Assembly: GCA_965112155.1 (NCBI GenBank)
Contig: OZ218103.1
Origin: Podarcis liolepis
Lineage: Eukaryota
Direction: 5' to 3' (one strand)
DNA: 64,000 nt
The notes under the pieces were generated by a model, which saw nothing but the letters and a program-made list of their open reading frames with translations, was not told the origin of the DNA and searched no databases. The first letter of the stretch is position 1. The number at the start of each line of letters is the position of its first letter. A program made the translations under genes and the position numbers. Below are positions 39,989 to 53,744 of this stretch, one piece after another.

Positions 39989-41642
39989 GAATTAAGGAGA
40001 AGATTAATTAAGCCAGCTTCATGGTTTAAAGGTTTCCCTTCCTTTTAGACAATATATTAGGGGAACTAAAAGGCTTTGGATCCTGCAGTTCCAATGACTT
40101 TTTTATTTGCCCACTTTCATCCTCTGCTGCTCTGATGGCAGAGCTGCAATGGTGACAGATCTTTCTGCCTCTGTAACTATCTTTTGGTAGATATCCTCCT
40201 CCATCTTTGAACTCTCAGCATCTAGCAGCTCCTCAGCTACCCTCTCCAGGAGCTTAGGATTTCTCTACCTAAGAGAGCTTCTAACAGCTGTGCTAAGAAA
40301 GATATAAGTGGTAAATTGCTCAGCCTTCATTCAGTAATGTTGATGGGTCTTCTGCAAAGGTTTGGTATTGATACAACATACAAGCAGAGTTCAGCACATG
40401 AAATGTAAGGGCAGCCTGTTGATCCAAGAAAGGTGCAAATGAGTTGCATAGAAATTTTAAATGTACCTAATTCCCAGAGGCGAATAAAAATCTAGACTTT
40501 CATCTTCACTGGCAGCGTTCAACAGTGGAAGTAGAATGGAGCTTGATTATGCTCAGTTGTACTTTTTATTTCAATTGAGCTATTCCCCCTAAGCCATTTT
40601 CCCCCTTCTCATGCTGCAAATGAGGTTGTAAAGGCTTGTTTAAAGTAAAGTGCTTGGGATTTTTGGAAGCCAAACTATTAGTTAGAGCTTGCTCTGACAA
40701 CAGGCATGTTTCTGATGAGAACAAGTCAAGCCGTTTTCCACATTGATTTTTAAATGCACGGTTGTGCCCTTCTGAGCCATACCCATGTCAAAAAATTAAT
40801 CAAAAGAACGTGTTCCATGGAAAAAATTGTGAAGAGTAGTTCACGTAGTGAAAGAATCAAAATCTACTCCAGTTGCTACTGTACATTGGTATGTGTGGCT
40901 ATCACTTTTCCCTCATCTTCTACCAGGACTGATGAGCTTGGTATTGCATCATTATTCCCTTGCCTGACAGATTAACGCAACAACCGAGATGAGTATATGG
41001 AGAAGATTAATTTAGGAATTAGCATAAATTGACTTGGCTTTGTGAGCAGGTGATAGAGGTTTTTAAATGACTATGCAGCAGCATAATTTTGAAACATGCC
41101 CGTTTGAATTTTACCCAGGAACATGAAAGTGATAATTTGAATGAAAGGCTCACTATTTGATAAAAGCAACATGCCCTCGACTATCATTTTGGGCATCATG
41201 GACCCCCCCCCCCCAAAAATGCAAATTTTATTCAGGAACTTAAATGTGTAAGTTATCACATCTGTAGCCCTTTGGATCTTGATAGATTTCATGCAGGTAA
41301 TTGATGATGGATAGAAATATGTTGCCCATTATGATTTTAGGGAAGAAAGCACCTTGTAAGAGGGATAGGGGCAGAAACATGGCCATACCTTAAAATCTTA
41401 ATGTGAAGATAAGCCTTCAGGTTTTGCATGAAATACAAGCACCTGTTTCAGCATATCTGTGCCTGAAAAGCTGCTTTTCATAGCCCACCAACCCTCTGCC
41501 AAAATCTGGCACCTCCTCTTACCTTAGAAGAAGACATCCTCTGGCATGGCACCCCTTGCACTAAGAATTTAGGGTTCAGGAAACAGGAAGGAGTGCTTGT
41601 AGGAAGGTCTTAGGGCTCAAGAACAGCATGGCATGACACCCT

Positions 41643-42298
41643 ATAATAATCTTTATTGTGGTCCAACTATCCATAACATGGATTCAGAATAAAATACAGA
41701 TTCATACAGACAACCCCCAGGGAAGGGAGACTGAAACCTTATTTGTTTAGTCATGGGTATGTTGATCTAAATACTGCTATACCAGCTGCACTGGCTCCCG
41801 GTGGAGTACAGGATCAGGTTTAAGGTGCTGGTTTTAACCTTTAAAGCCCTATACGGCCTAGGACCCTCGTACCTACGGGACCGCCTCTCCTGGTATGTCC
41901 CACAGAGAAACTTACGGTCTTCAAACAAAAACATCCTGAAGGTCCCAGGTCACAGAGAGGTTAGGCTGGCCTCAACTAGAGCCAGGGCTTTTTCGGCTGT
42001 GGCTCCGATCTGCTGGAACACTCTGTCACATGAGACTAGGGCCCTGCGGGACTTGACATCTTTCCGCAGGGCCTGCAAGACAGAGCTGTTCCACCAGGCC
42101 TTTGGCCAGGGCACAGCCTGACTCCCTCCCTCAGCAATCTTCGCGGAGCTCTGGCTCAATGGTTGCCAGTGGCTTGATTTGAATTAATTTTATAATGAAT
42201 GATTTTAGAGTGTTGTTTGTGTTGTACTTTTGTACTGTTTTATTGTTGTTAGCTGCCCTGAGCCCAGCTTCGGCTGGGGAGGGCGGGATATAAATAAA

Positions 42299-42346
<48 letters not shown>

Positions 42347-43445
42347 CTTTGATTCGTATGACTACTGTAAAAAACTTTGCCAGGGCCACTGTGATATCAT
42401 TGGACTTGTCATCTAGAAGATATTTGGTATAGTAGACTTCAATTTGACCTGGCTGATTTGCCAATAGTGGTTTAATCAATAGTTCCCTAGCTTGATCATA
42501 TTGTCCACAATGCAATAAAATATGCCTCATGCAGTCAAAGTCCTGAGAGCATCCACAGATCCTATTTTGATAAGGGATACCTCTCAGTCTGTCGTTTAAC
42601 ACTTCTGATGGGAATATATTTAATCTGGCTTTGGTGAAAAGACGCCAATATGTTGGTACAGACAAATTTCTAAGATATGCAGGTGCCTGAATATTGAACC
42701 CATAGTGAATTCCTACTGCTAATGGGCCACAGATAACATGAGACTGAGATCAGAGATCACTATGTGATATGTCCCAGAGCCTTTGCCTCAGAGATTTAAG
42801 GGTGGTATCATAGCCCAGATGTTACAGGAGAGAAGGTGGCATACCAATCAAAGTGGCTTTTCTAACCATAATTTTCATCCATGAGCTGGTAAACTTCTCG
42901 TTGTTTAGGTATGGAAGTAACCCCTTCCCTAGGCCAAAGACTGAGATCTTGAGCCAGTAACTCAGGGCAGCCCACTATGCTTTAGTTGATAGAGGACATT
43001 CACCTGTTTCTAAAAATAGTATTGCATTTGGAACACAATTTGGAACTTGTAGGAGGGACCGGAGAAACTTTGCCTGGAAGCCATTGAACCTGGAGAATGA
43101 GCCATTGAACCAGGTGTTTGAGGCGTAGAGGAGTTGAGAGACAGATTTTGCATTAAATACCTTAATGGCTGATGGAACATAATGGCCTCCCTTTGTCTAA
43201 AAGAATGGAAGTATAGCCAGTTTGCTTACCTCCGCCTTTTGATAGGCAGTCTGCCAATGATGTTTCCAGGAACTGGAATGATGGAATAGAAGCCCTAGGT
43301 ACCGGAAGAATTTGGTCTGCGCTAGTTTGTGACCGTCCAGTACCCATTTACTCGGGGAGAATCTCTTCTCAAACTCCAGGACTTTTGATTTTTCGTAATT
43401 GATGAATAACCCATTACCAGAGCAGTAGTCTGAGAATTTCATGAC
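41643..43445 (-). pseudogene. Decayed non-LTR retrotransposon ORF2 3' part (RT end, CCHC knuckle, 3'UTR), possibly RTE-X-like; interrupted by the L2 at 41781-42346
   Basis: FSDYC..NGL.INYEKSKVL.F...F.YLG (RT C-terminal part) and FTKARLN..PS......R.C.C......HILLHC..Y...R (zinc knuckle). Removing the L2 restores ...IRIKDSSI*. AATAAA-containing tail near 41645. Confidence 0.8.
41781..42346 (+). mobile_element. L2-type LINE 3' fragment (family B), young
   Basis: Intact ORF2 end LHWLPVEYRIRFKVLVLTFKALYGLGPSYLRDRL...RAFSAVAPICWNTL...FRRACKTELF, 3'UTR and long (TTA)n tail. Confidence 0.9.
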
Positions 43446-43750
43446 ACCGTAGCAAGAAGACCTTAAAGTTGAGGAAACAGGAAGAGTGCTCCTTTTAGAG
43501 GCAGAAGAGAAACTTTTCTAAGGTAAGAATAGGGCTTTGCTTTTCATTTTTCAATCCCATGGTAGCAATGCCAAGGGGAAGAAAAAAGCTGTTGAGAACC
43601 CATTTCCTCTCAATTAGCAGAAGAGAGGGGTCTCTCTGAATATGTGTCTGTCTGATTGTGTGGCAAGTGTACATATGTGAGTGTGTGCTGTATATGTGGC
43701 TAGTATGTGGTATATACTGTATGTTCTGTATGTGTGGTTTTCATGTCGTA

Positions 43751-43790
<40 letters not shown>

Positions 43791-45068
43791 ATTAGCCATT
43801 TTGGCTACACGCCACTGGCAAGTAGCTCTTAGCTAAAGAATGAGATACAATATGGACCACTTCCCTTAAGAATCTTCAGGAATTTTTACAGGTATTAGCC
43901 TAACAGGAGCCTCTACAAAACAAAGCTGCAAGAGACATATTTAATGCTGGCAACCAGAACAACTTGACTGTCTGTCCCTGGCTGCCCATGGACGACTTGT
44001 CCCCCCACCCTCTTTCCTTCTGCATCCTCTTTGGGACTTGTCCTTAGTCTGTCTGACTTGAATGGATGGATTCCTTTTCTGAGGCTTCCCTGGTTATTTG
44101 TCTCATGTTCTTTGCCTGTACCACAGACCTCATTCTGTCCTTGATCCTCTGATATTGAAAGGCATTTAGAGCAGTAAATATTCTGCAACAAATTAGTTTA
44201 GAGCCATGCACTCATAGTATAGGATAGATGAAGGGAGGAAAACCTTTATGTGATCTGACAGATGAAGGGGGGAACCTTCATGGGATATGTCGTTGCTATC
44301 ACTAGTTGTGTTACTAGCAAAATGTCTGGGGAACAAATTGGGCTTTATGCAGATAAGTATTATAGTAGTTAACACTGATGGGAGGAGCTTACAGAGCAGG
44401 GCACAGTAAACTGGTGTGTCCTATTAGAGTTAATGTTTCTTGCACTTGCCCTGTCTATCCCTTTGCCTTTTCTTCAGGCAGATTATAACCTTGTTTGTTT
44501 TCAATGTATTTTCTGGTAAGTCTGCCGCAGGAAGTGTGTGTGTATGCATTTGAAACAGATGCAAATAGCAGAAAATTCTTGGGTTATCTATCCTTAGATC
44601 CCATAAATCAGACTTAGTGTGTGCTTTACTGCCCTATTTGGTAGCCTGAAGCTAGTATTGAATTGCACAACGGTACACAATATGCAAATTGTTTGTTCCT
44701 CAGCAGGCCTGTGTTGCTTTTTTCTGCTTTCTTTCTTTCCCCCATAATAGCAGATAAAAACTTTTTGTAATACCTCTCTGATCTCAATTTCCTTTGGAAC
44801 TTTGCAGAAACTCTTGGAAGCTGCTAGCAACATTATTTAGAAGTAGTTTATCATATAAATATGATGATTAATCCAAAGTTTTGGTGAATTTGTGTCTCTT
44901 TACAGACAGTAGGTCATATACAATACCTTTTTCTATGCTGTTGAAGGCAGATTCCAAGAATGTTAGTGTGTACTTTTCCCATCCCTGTAATACATGTGAT
45001 TATCTCATTGCACCTGGTTTCCAATTGCTCTTTATGTTTGACACTTTATCATGTATGTATGTATGTAA

Positions 45069-45395
45069 GGGACGCGGGTGGCGCTGTGGGTTAAACCACA
45101 GAGCCTAGGACTTGCCGATCAGAAGGTTGGCAGTTTGAATCCCCGCAATGGGGTGAGCTCCCGTTGCTCGGTCCCTGCCCCTGTCAACCTAGCAGTTTGA
45201 AAGCACGTCAAAGTGCAAGTAGATAAATAGGTACTGCTCCGGCAGGAAGGTAAACGGCGTTTCTGTGCACTGCTCTGGTTCGCCAGAAGTGGCTTAGTCA
45301 TGCTGGCCACATGACCCAGAAGCTGTACGCCGGCTCCCTCGGCCAATAAAGCAAGATGAGCGCCGCAACCCCAGAGTCGGTCACGACTGGACCTA
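45069..45395 (+). mobile_element. Sauria SINE, 3' end lost in the assembly gap
   Basis: gggacgcgggtggcgctgtgg head and family body. Confidence 0.93.
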
Positions 45396-45523
45396 NNNNN
45401 NNNNNNNNNNNNNNNNNNNNNNNNNNNNNNNNNNNNNNNNNNNNNNNNNNNNNNNNNNNNNNNNNNNNNNNNNNNNNNNNNNNNNNNNNNNNNNNNNNNN
45501 NNNNNNNNNNNNNNNNNNNNNNN
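45396..45523. other. Assembly gap (N run)
   Basis: Ns in the sequence. Confidence 0.99.
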
Positions 45524-46693
45524 TAACCCCCCAAAGACAATAGAAATGTAAGTTAGCAATAGAACTGCTTCATTGAACACTGCCATCCATCATTCTGCAA
45601 GGACTTCACTCTCTCTATATGTGTGTCCTTGTGTAGATCTGTTTTCTCACCAGTTGTCTATAACCCTCAACACATGTTTGCAAAAAAACCACACCCTTTG
45701 CTCACCAACAGCTCTCAAAGTTCCAATAAGTGGAAAACTAGGCATCCGATTTAAGTGTTTTGGTGAGAGAGAAAGATAAAAAGGTAATGAATAACAGAAA
45801 CAAAACCCTGTTGTCAAGAAGAAAGATTATACAGGATCTATGGACTAGGTTAATAGAGGTCTCGTAAGGTCTAGCTTAGTGGTAGAGCACCTGCTTTTTA
45901 TTGGGGCGATCCCTCGTCAATATCCTGTAACGCTGCTGCTCATGAGTGTGGATAATACTGAGATAGATGAACCAATGGGCAGACTCAATATAAAATAGCT
46001 TCCTCTGTTCTTATGAGTTGTAGCCTTGAAGAGTATTAGGAGAGCTGGTGCAGCATAATGGCCAATTGACTAAGTTGTGGATCCTGAATTATTCATTTTT
46101 AATCGTGCTTCTGCTATGGACTCGCTAGGCGCTCTTTGGCAAGCTGCACTCTCCCAGTTTCAGACCCCTTCTCCTCTGGGAGATAATATTACTAATTATA
46201 AGGTTATTATAAGGATTACATCCAGATAATGCATTTGAAGAGCTATGAGCACTTAGGTGCAAGTGCTGTACAAAGTGCTTATTAATTGTTTTTCTCCCGC
46301 TGCAAGTCTTGGTGGAAACATAGTGGAACATGGGAACAGTGAATGAAGATTAGCCACATATTATGAAATAGACAGGGAAATTATTCTATGACATGATGAG
46401 GTGATGAGGTGCAGCTACCTCTGCACACATCAGAGAGACATCATGAGCATGGTTTCTGAGTAAATGTTTAGTGGATTGCAGCCAGTGGCTGTGTTCAAAG
46501 CATTATTTTTTGGAAGCAATTGATTCAATAAAAATCTGTAGGATCCTATTCCAAGAAAATAGGTTTGGATCTAGGCCAAGAAGGATGATTTCCCCAACTC
46601 TGTTTTAAAAGTAGCTCCTTTTAAAATGGAATTGCTGTGATGGAATGTAATGGAAGGACGGTGAGCAGAGGTTTTGATTGTGTCTAAAGTTTA

Positions 46694-47046
46694 GGACCCG
46701 GGTGCGGCTGTGGGTTAAACCACAGAGCCTAGGACTTGCCTATCGGAAGGTCGGCAGTTCGAATCCCCACGACGGGGTGAGCTCCCGTTGCTCGGTCCCA
46801 GCTCCTGCCCACCTAGCAGTTCGAAAGCACGTCAAAGCGCAAGTAGATAAATAGGTACCGCTCCGGCGGGAAGGTAAATGGCGTTTCCGTGCGCTGCTCT
46901 GGTTCGCCAGAAGTGGCTTAGTCATGCTGGCCACATGACCCAGAAGCTGTATGCCGGCTCCCTCGGCCAATAAAGCGAGATGAGCGCCACAACCCCAGAG
47001 TCGGCCACGACTGGACTTAATGGTCAGGGGTCCCTTTACCTTTACC
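46694..47046 (+). mobile_element. Sauria SINE with TSD, young
   Basis: Most CpGs retained; (ACCTTT)n tail; TSD ctaaagttta(gg) at 46684 and 47046. Confidence 0.94.
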
Positions 47047-48067
47047 TAAAGTTTAGGAAAGACTCCTACCTGAAACCCTGGAGTCTGCCAGTCAGTGAAG
47101 ACATTATTGAGCTAGCTGGGCCAATAGTGGGAATCAGTTTTGAGGCAAAACAGCTTTCCATCTTCTTTTAAAAGTCGTAGGATTACTTTGGCTACATGTG
47201 GAAATGTCACAAAAGAAAGACCAAAGTGGTAACCTTGAGTCTGACTTTTCTTTCTCTACCCCAAAGCTATAACTTCTATAATTAACTTTCATCACTTTCC
47301 TCTGGCTTTTCAGCATATGACATGGATGAGTACCTATTCCGAGACACTCCATAGAAATAGGGACACAAGGAGAGAAGTATATGAGGCAGTAAGCTTTGCA
47401 TATTCCTCAGATTTCCTTGATTTGAGTAGCTTTACTGTAAAGTGTTCAGGAATTAATGGAGTTGTGGAGGGGAGCATAGTCACAATGCAATGTACTGTGA
47501 CAGGGTTGTGGGATTTGGGGCTGTCTGGCTTCCTCACTCCCACCAGCTTTCAGGCCTAATTTATATGCGACAGAAGCCATGAATGAAGAATTTATGTCCC
47601 CATGTGCCCACACCAGGTTTAAATGCACTTAACGTGTGTGCATGCTAGGGACGGATGAATCTGTTCATTTCTCCTTTCTCTAAGTTTCTCATTCCAATAT
47701 TAACTTCAGTACTCCACATTTCCACATTGGTTTTCTTTCTTCTTCTTCTTTTGAATGTCCTCATTAAAATTCATTAGCATTCAGTGTGGATTTTCCTCAT
47801 ATGCACATTTCTACAAGCAACCCCCCCAATGCATTTTTTGTATATTATTTTCATTAATCTATGCATTTTGCGGGGGACACACAGTTGCTAACATAAGCAT
47901 TTCTGTACACATTACTTGGCTGGATAACTGCATTGCAAAATCCAGAGCAGTGTGAATTTTGAAATTGCATTTATTATGCAGGTTTGTCTTTAAATGCAAA
48001 CTGAACTACATTTCTCTCTCCTCTCCCCTCTATTCCTAGTGCCAGCACACTGGATGCTAATGAATAA

Positions 48068-48383
48068 GAATAATAATAATAAATTTTTATTTATATCCCG
48101 CCCTCCCCAGCTGAAGCCGGGCTCAGGGCGGCTAACAACAATAAAATAATACAACATTCTAAAATCATTTAATTATAAAATTAATTCAAGTCAAATTGAT
48201 GGCAACCATTGGGCTAGAGTTCTGTGAAGATTGCCACAGGAGGGAGTCAGGCTGTGCCCTGGCCAAAGGCTTGATGGAGCAGCTCTGTCTTGCAGGCCCT
48301 GCAGAAAGATGTCAAGTCCCGCAGAGCCCTAGTCGCCTGTGGCAGAGCGTTCCACCAGATCGGAGCCACAGCCGAAAAAGCCC
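48068..48383 (-). mobile_element. L2-type LINE 3' fragment (family B)
   Basis: Reverse complement of about 41984-42310 with a (TAA)n tail. Confidence 0.88.
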
Positions 48384-49099
48384 TATGTTCCCCATAGCTT
48401 AAGGCTGTGTGTGGGCCCACGATAACTATAGAGAACCGGAGTCAAGGAACAGCCATTGTACTCAAGTATGGGTTGTTTTTCATCTGGCTTGTTCTCTGCT
48501 CAGTTTTTAGCAGGTTCTTGAAGCATTGCAAAGCCTGTTTCAAGACTATGGTGGGCAAAGGCAATTCTGTTGTACCACCACAACAGGCCAGCCTGAAAAG
48601 CAGTCCGCTACTATAGAGGCTAACCACAAAATATGTTAACAAAGGAGATGTTGGATTTTTAATTTTTTTTTTAATGTTGACTAGGCAGAGTTTTGTACTA
48701 CAGAACCAGTGGTCAGGCCTGAAATGTGGATGCAGCAGTTGGCAGCAAAATTGGTAGAAGCAAAACATCATGTTGGGCTTAATGTGAAACAAGAAAATAC
48801 TGTGCTGTTTAGAATGAATATAATAGGGCTGCCATAAGTCCTGATTTTCCAGGAAATGTCCTGGAATGTGCCTCTGAAAATGGCATCCTGGATTTTTTTT
48901 TTGGAAATCGGGCGATGGGGGTTAAATCATGCTGAATATGCCTCAAAAAGCTCCAGGTTTTTTACTTTTGGAAACATGGCAACCTTAAAATGTAACCCTT
49001 ATTTAGTTAGTGACAATTATACTATCCTTCCCCCCCCCCCAAGTTTTGAGGCTTAGTCTGCAGGTTGTATTGAACTTCTTTCCCTTTCCTTTCTTACCA

Positions 49100-49138
<39 letters not shown>

Positions 49139-49763
49139 AGAGAGAGAGAAAATAAAATTACCAAAACTTGTATGCCTGTCATTTCCAACCATTATCATTA
49201 TGTGCACACACAATTGTAATGATATCAGACATTCAAACTTTTATTACCACTTCAAAATGCATTTTGCAAGGGAAAAAGAAAGAATTGATCTTTCAGTCAA
49301 ATACTACATAGCCCCTTGTGGAGAGCAAACTAAATAAAGAAACATGTTTAAAAGTTTAGCTTTCAACTGATCGCTTGTACATCAAAAGCAGGGGAGCTGG
49401 TCAGCACTGAGTAGCATGTACAGTGTTTCTGTCTTACCCGGGCTGACTCTTCATCCTGCCAAAAGTAGAAAGAGGAAAGTGGAAAACGGGGTACCATAGG
49501 GGAAGTGGGGTGGGGGTTTTGCCGCTGACTTTGGCTCAAATGTACAGGCTACATATCCTCAAGCAAGCAGAACCAGCCACCAGGATTTAAAACTGTAGTA
49601 TCCTATGTTTGCTAGTTAGCTTTCCATTGCATGAAGTTAATTTAGGCAACAGCTCGAAAAGGGGCTACATATCTGGAATGCAAAATTTTACCCTTGGTTG
49701 GTGTCCAGGAGCATACAGAAGGGTTTATCTTAGTGGACAACATGTCAAAAATGTAACACTGTA

Positions 49764-49928
49764 CAGTGGTACCTCGGTTTACAAACTTAATCTGTTCCGG
49801 AAGTCTGTTCTTAAACCAAAACTGTTCTTAAACTGAGGCGCGCTTTCCCTAATGAGGCCTCCCACCGCCGGTGCCTTTCCACTGTTTGGATTCCATTCTT
49901 AGACTGAGGTAAAGTTCGCAAACCAAGA
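49764..49928. mobile_element. Truncated Tc1/pogo-type MITE
   Basis: TA|cagtggtacctcggttt..., matches the 16389 and 31309 copies; right TIR missing. Confidence 0.85.
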
Positions 49929-51794
49929 CATTGGTGTCTTGCTCAAATGCCTGCTCAAATGCCTCTATCACAATTCTATCATAGCACTCGTCTATGAAGT
50001 TCAAAGCCCCATTCCTTGGTTTAATCTCATTCTGTCTTCAAAATAACTCTGAGAGGTTAGGATGAGATCCTGGGCCATGATGATTTCTCAGTAAACTTTA
50101 TGATTGCAGTAGGATTTGAACTCAGGTCTCCCCATTCTAGACCCAGCAGTTTTCACCTTACTGCTTCTGAAGGCACATCACTAGTAGCAACAAAGTAATC
50201 ATAAAGGTTATCTGCAACCTTTATGCTTTGAGGCATAATCTGAATACATGTTTTCACCCCCAGAATAGTCCCCTCAAGTATAGCATTGCACAAATGTCAA
50301 GGTACAAACAATTTCATTTCTTCTTGCCCTACTTGCAAAATATGGATTGTGCTGTTTGAAACAATTCTTATACAATTTATCACTAAGTTCTAGCTTCTAT
50401 TCATTCTCGAGTCCAGCTGAAAGCTTTTGATAAGGGGAGACAGTGATTCTTTTATAGTGGCAGTTTCTGTAATTCTCTGAGGTCTTCTTGTTCCATGTTA
50501 ACTTTTTCTGAGACCTGCAATTCCATTGAAAGACATTACCCATTTATTGCCATGTTTCTCAAGATCAGCAGGTTTAGCCATGGGAAGGCAATATTCTTTT
50601 TAGCAACTTGAGGGACATCTGAGGGAAAGGATAGCCTTGGGATTTTCTTACAGAATGTACTTTTTATGTTTTATGCTAACAATAAAAAGTAGTTATTTTT
50701 TGCAGTACTGTATAGGAGGAATCGTATGTGAAAACATGAATGATGTTGGTAGATTTTCAAATAAGCAGTAGGACATTAGTAGCTGCCTTCTCTCTCCAAC
50801 ACGCCCCCACACACACCCCGGCGCAGTCCAAAATAGTGACACTTGTTGCTCTGGGATTTCATGCAAGAAAGCAAGTAGAAGATACTTAATGTAAGTGATC
50901 TGCTCTTCCATTTGTTTATGCACAAATATTGTCAGATATGGGACTGTTTGTCTTCTATAGAAAAAACTGGAATGTTGATCTAAGCATAAGTTAAAACTAG
51001 ATTGGAAACCATTCCCAAATCAGATAACTAGAAACATTCTGTCAATTCTTATGTCAATACTGGCTGCAAAACAGATGTGTGTGGGCATATAAAAGAGAGC
51101 AATAAGAGGTGACATAAATTAACCCTTCTAAAATAGCTGTGGCTTCTCATTCAGAATGTGCCCTCCAAAACACTGTCACATAACTGTAATTCAAACATGT
51201 GATTCAAAGCACATAGTTCAGAATATAATTGAAATTGCTGCTATGCCACTCTACAATTGTAGACAACAGTGATTCAGTACTGAAACTAAGAATTTCATGA
51301 CCACCCAGTTCCATCTATAGTACAGTCTCAGTGGTGCAGCCAGCAGATTGAGAAGAGTACACAGTGGATATTTCTCCCCCAATCCTCTCAGATATCATGC
51401 TTTACAACTTCTGCACAACCACATTACTGATCCATTAGTAAAATCAACAGCAACATAAGTCTGGCAATCCACTGAGCACCTGCAACCATGTACATAGTTT
51501 GGGAAACGTGGTGAAGTAGATCATGTTATTAAACTATAATTATGTGGGAGCGGAGGAAAGACACTCTGCACATGATTAAGGACACTCCTTATTACTTAAC
51601 ACATCAATATTAAAGTCACAATTAAGATTTCTCTCTCGTTTCCATTCTGCTGCATGCTGATGTGTTAGGGTAAAGTTGGGCAACTTGTATATTCTGGTAA
51701 CCTGTATATTTTTAAAAACAAAAACAAAAAATAAAATGAACATCAGTTACTATGTGGTTGTCTTATGGACTACTTGTGTAGTTAAACAAGACAC

Positions 51795-52180
51795 TGTCAT
51801 GACCTGCAGCCCAGAAACCATGCTCTAAATGACTCAGGTGATAGTAAGACTTCAGCTCTGTTCTTGAAGGAAGAACTGCCAGAATCATCTTCCGGAGCCT
51901 CCTGTCCAAAGGACACATTCTTACCAACCTCCTCTAATTCAGAGAAGGAGTAATCTACAGTTCCCTAGTCTCCGTGGCTCCACAAAGGGTCTGCAAAAGA
52001 AGTTGAAGACCCTTTAACCAGCCAGCACTGGTGCTCATAAAGCTTCTGGTAGGAGACTGGGAGCTCTCCAAGGTCCTGCAGGTGCTCTGAGTGCCTTGAC
52101 ATTTGTTGGGACATTAGTGGGCTTTCCTTGCACAGTCCTTTCTGCAAAGAGGGAAATAAAATGCTTGGAGGCAGATAACA
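51795..52180 (+). mobile_element. Possible old solo LTR
   Basis: tgtcatga...aaataaaa...ataaca; architecture similar to 30282-30739; no TSD recognisable. Confidence 0.4.
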
Positions 52181-53064
52181 TGTGTAGGATCAGTGCATCC
52201 ATTGCAATATTTTACAAAAAAAAATGACTTTCAAATAAGAATTATACTCCCTATAGGAAATATATTTTTTAAATGTGTGACATATGGACAAATGTCAAGA
52301 AAGCCAGGGCTAAGTTAATTGCATTTAAGGTAGCCTTGTAGACTTTCTCCTTTGATTCTTAGAGTTATCAGTTCCTGTTATCTCAAGTAGCTAAATGCAA
52401 GAAGGTCGCTAATCTGCCTCCAAGCTCCAAGTGTATATCACTTTTGACCAATTAGCATTTTATTTCCCTCTTTGCAGAAAGGATTGCAAATTTAGTTAGT
52501 CAACAAATGCCTTTCTTGTTCTTTAAAGGAAGCCTTAGGAGGAGCCGTTTTCATTTAGGTTAAAATTAGATTCAGTGTTTTTAATAAGGTCAGTCTGGAT
52601 ATTGTAATGGTTTATTTTAATACAAGAAGCTTTCCTACAAACTGATAAATGAAAGTGCCAAACACCTCATTAAAATTATATCACTTCCATGGAACATTTT
52701 GCTGGCAGGGGTGGAGAGGAGAGGAAGAATTATTTAAGATATACATTAAATAACATTGCCATCTGTTCTCAATCATTTATTTATTTATTCAAAATGGGCT
52801 GCAAGTATGGTTATAAGAACTCAAGCAATAATTAAAATCATGTTAGGCTCTTCTAGACTAAATTGGGGGTTACCTAAGCACATTAAAGTAGATGCAATTT
52901 GCTGTAAGCTTTTCTTGCTTTGTTTGTATTTATAGCTTCATATTAGAAGAGAAATTGTGGGAAAGTAGCTGCTTAAAACCTGAGAAGGAGGATTGAGGAC
53001 AGAAGGACAATTATTTGCAGTCAATGAACCTTGACAGTAATAACAGCTTTGGTTCCTAAAACCA

Positions 53065-53198
53065 NNNNNNNNNNNNNNNNNNNNNNNNNNNNNNNNNNNN
53101 NNNNNNNNNNNNNNNNNNNNNNNNNNNNNNNNNNNNNNNNNNNNNNNNNNNNNNNNNNNNNNNNNNNNNNNNNNNNNNNNNNNNNNNNNNNNNNNNNN
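53065..53198. other. Assembly gap (N run)
   Basis: Ns in the sequence. Confidence 0.99.
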
Positions 53199-53267
53199 GC
53201 TCCCATGCAGTGATTGATGCAGGGATGCAGTGATTGTAAAGTTAGATGCAATGTTGGCTAATACTTA

Positions 53268-53466
53268 ATTTATTTATTGCATTTCTATACTATGTTCCTC
53301 CATGGAGCTCAAAGTGGCATACATGGTTCCCCCCCCCCCCGCCATTTTATCTTCACAACAGGTTAGTCTGACAGACAGTGACCGGCCCGAGGTCACATAG
53401 TGAGCTTCGTGGCTGAGTGGGGGATTCAGGTCATAGTCCAACACTCTAAGCATTACACTGGCTCCC
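53268..53466 (-). mobile_element. MIR/CORE-like SINE remnant; similar at about 50020-50150 and 46050-46250
   Basis: ccattttatcttcacaaca..ggttag..tga.agacagtgac.ggccc.aggtcac..agtgagcttc.tggctgagtggggatt. Confidence 0.6.
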
Positions 53467-53697
53467 TCAGTTAGAACATGGGAACAGAGTTTGTGAATAT
53501 TTAGCCCCACCCTCTGATTTTTTTCAAGTCAGTCTATTAAAGTGGGTGAATGTTTGTGCTTCATCCCACCCATGGTGCCATAGTCACATGCCCTTTGTCT
53601 TTGTCCTTCTCCTTGCCAGCTATTTTGCCCATGTGTATCCTTGACAGGCTGATTATTTAGTGTCATTAAATGAATGAACAAACACCGCTATTTCTAG

Positions 53698-53698
<1 letters not shown>

Positions 53699-53744
<46 letters not shown>

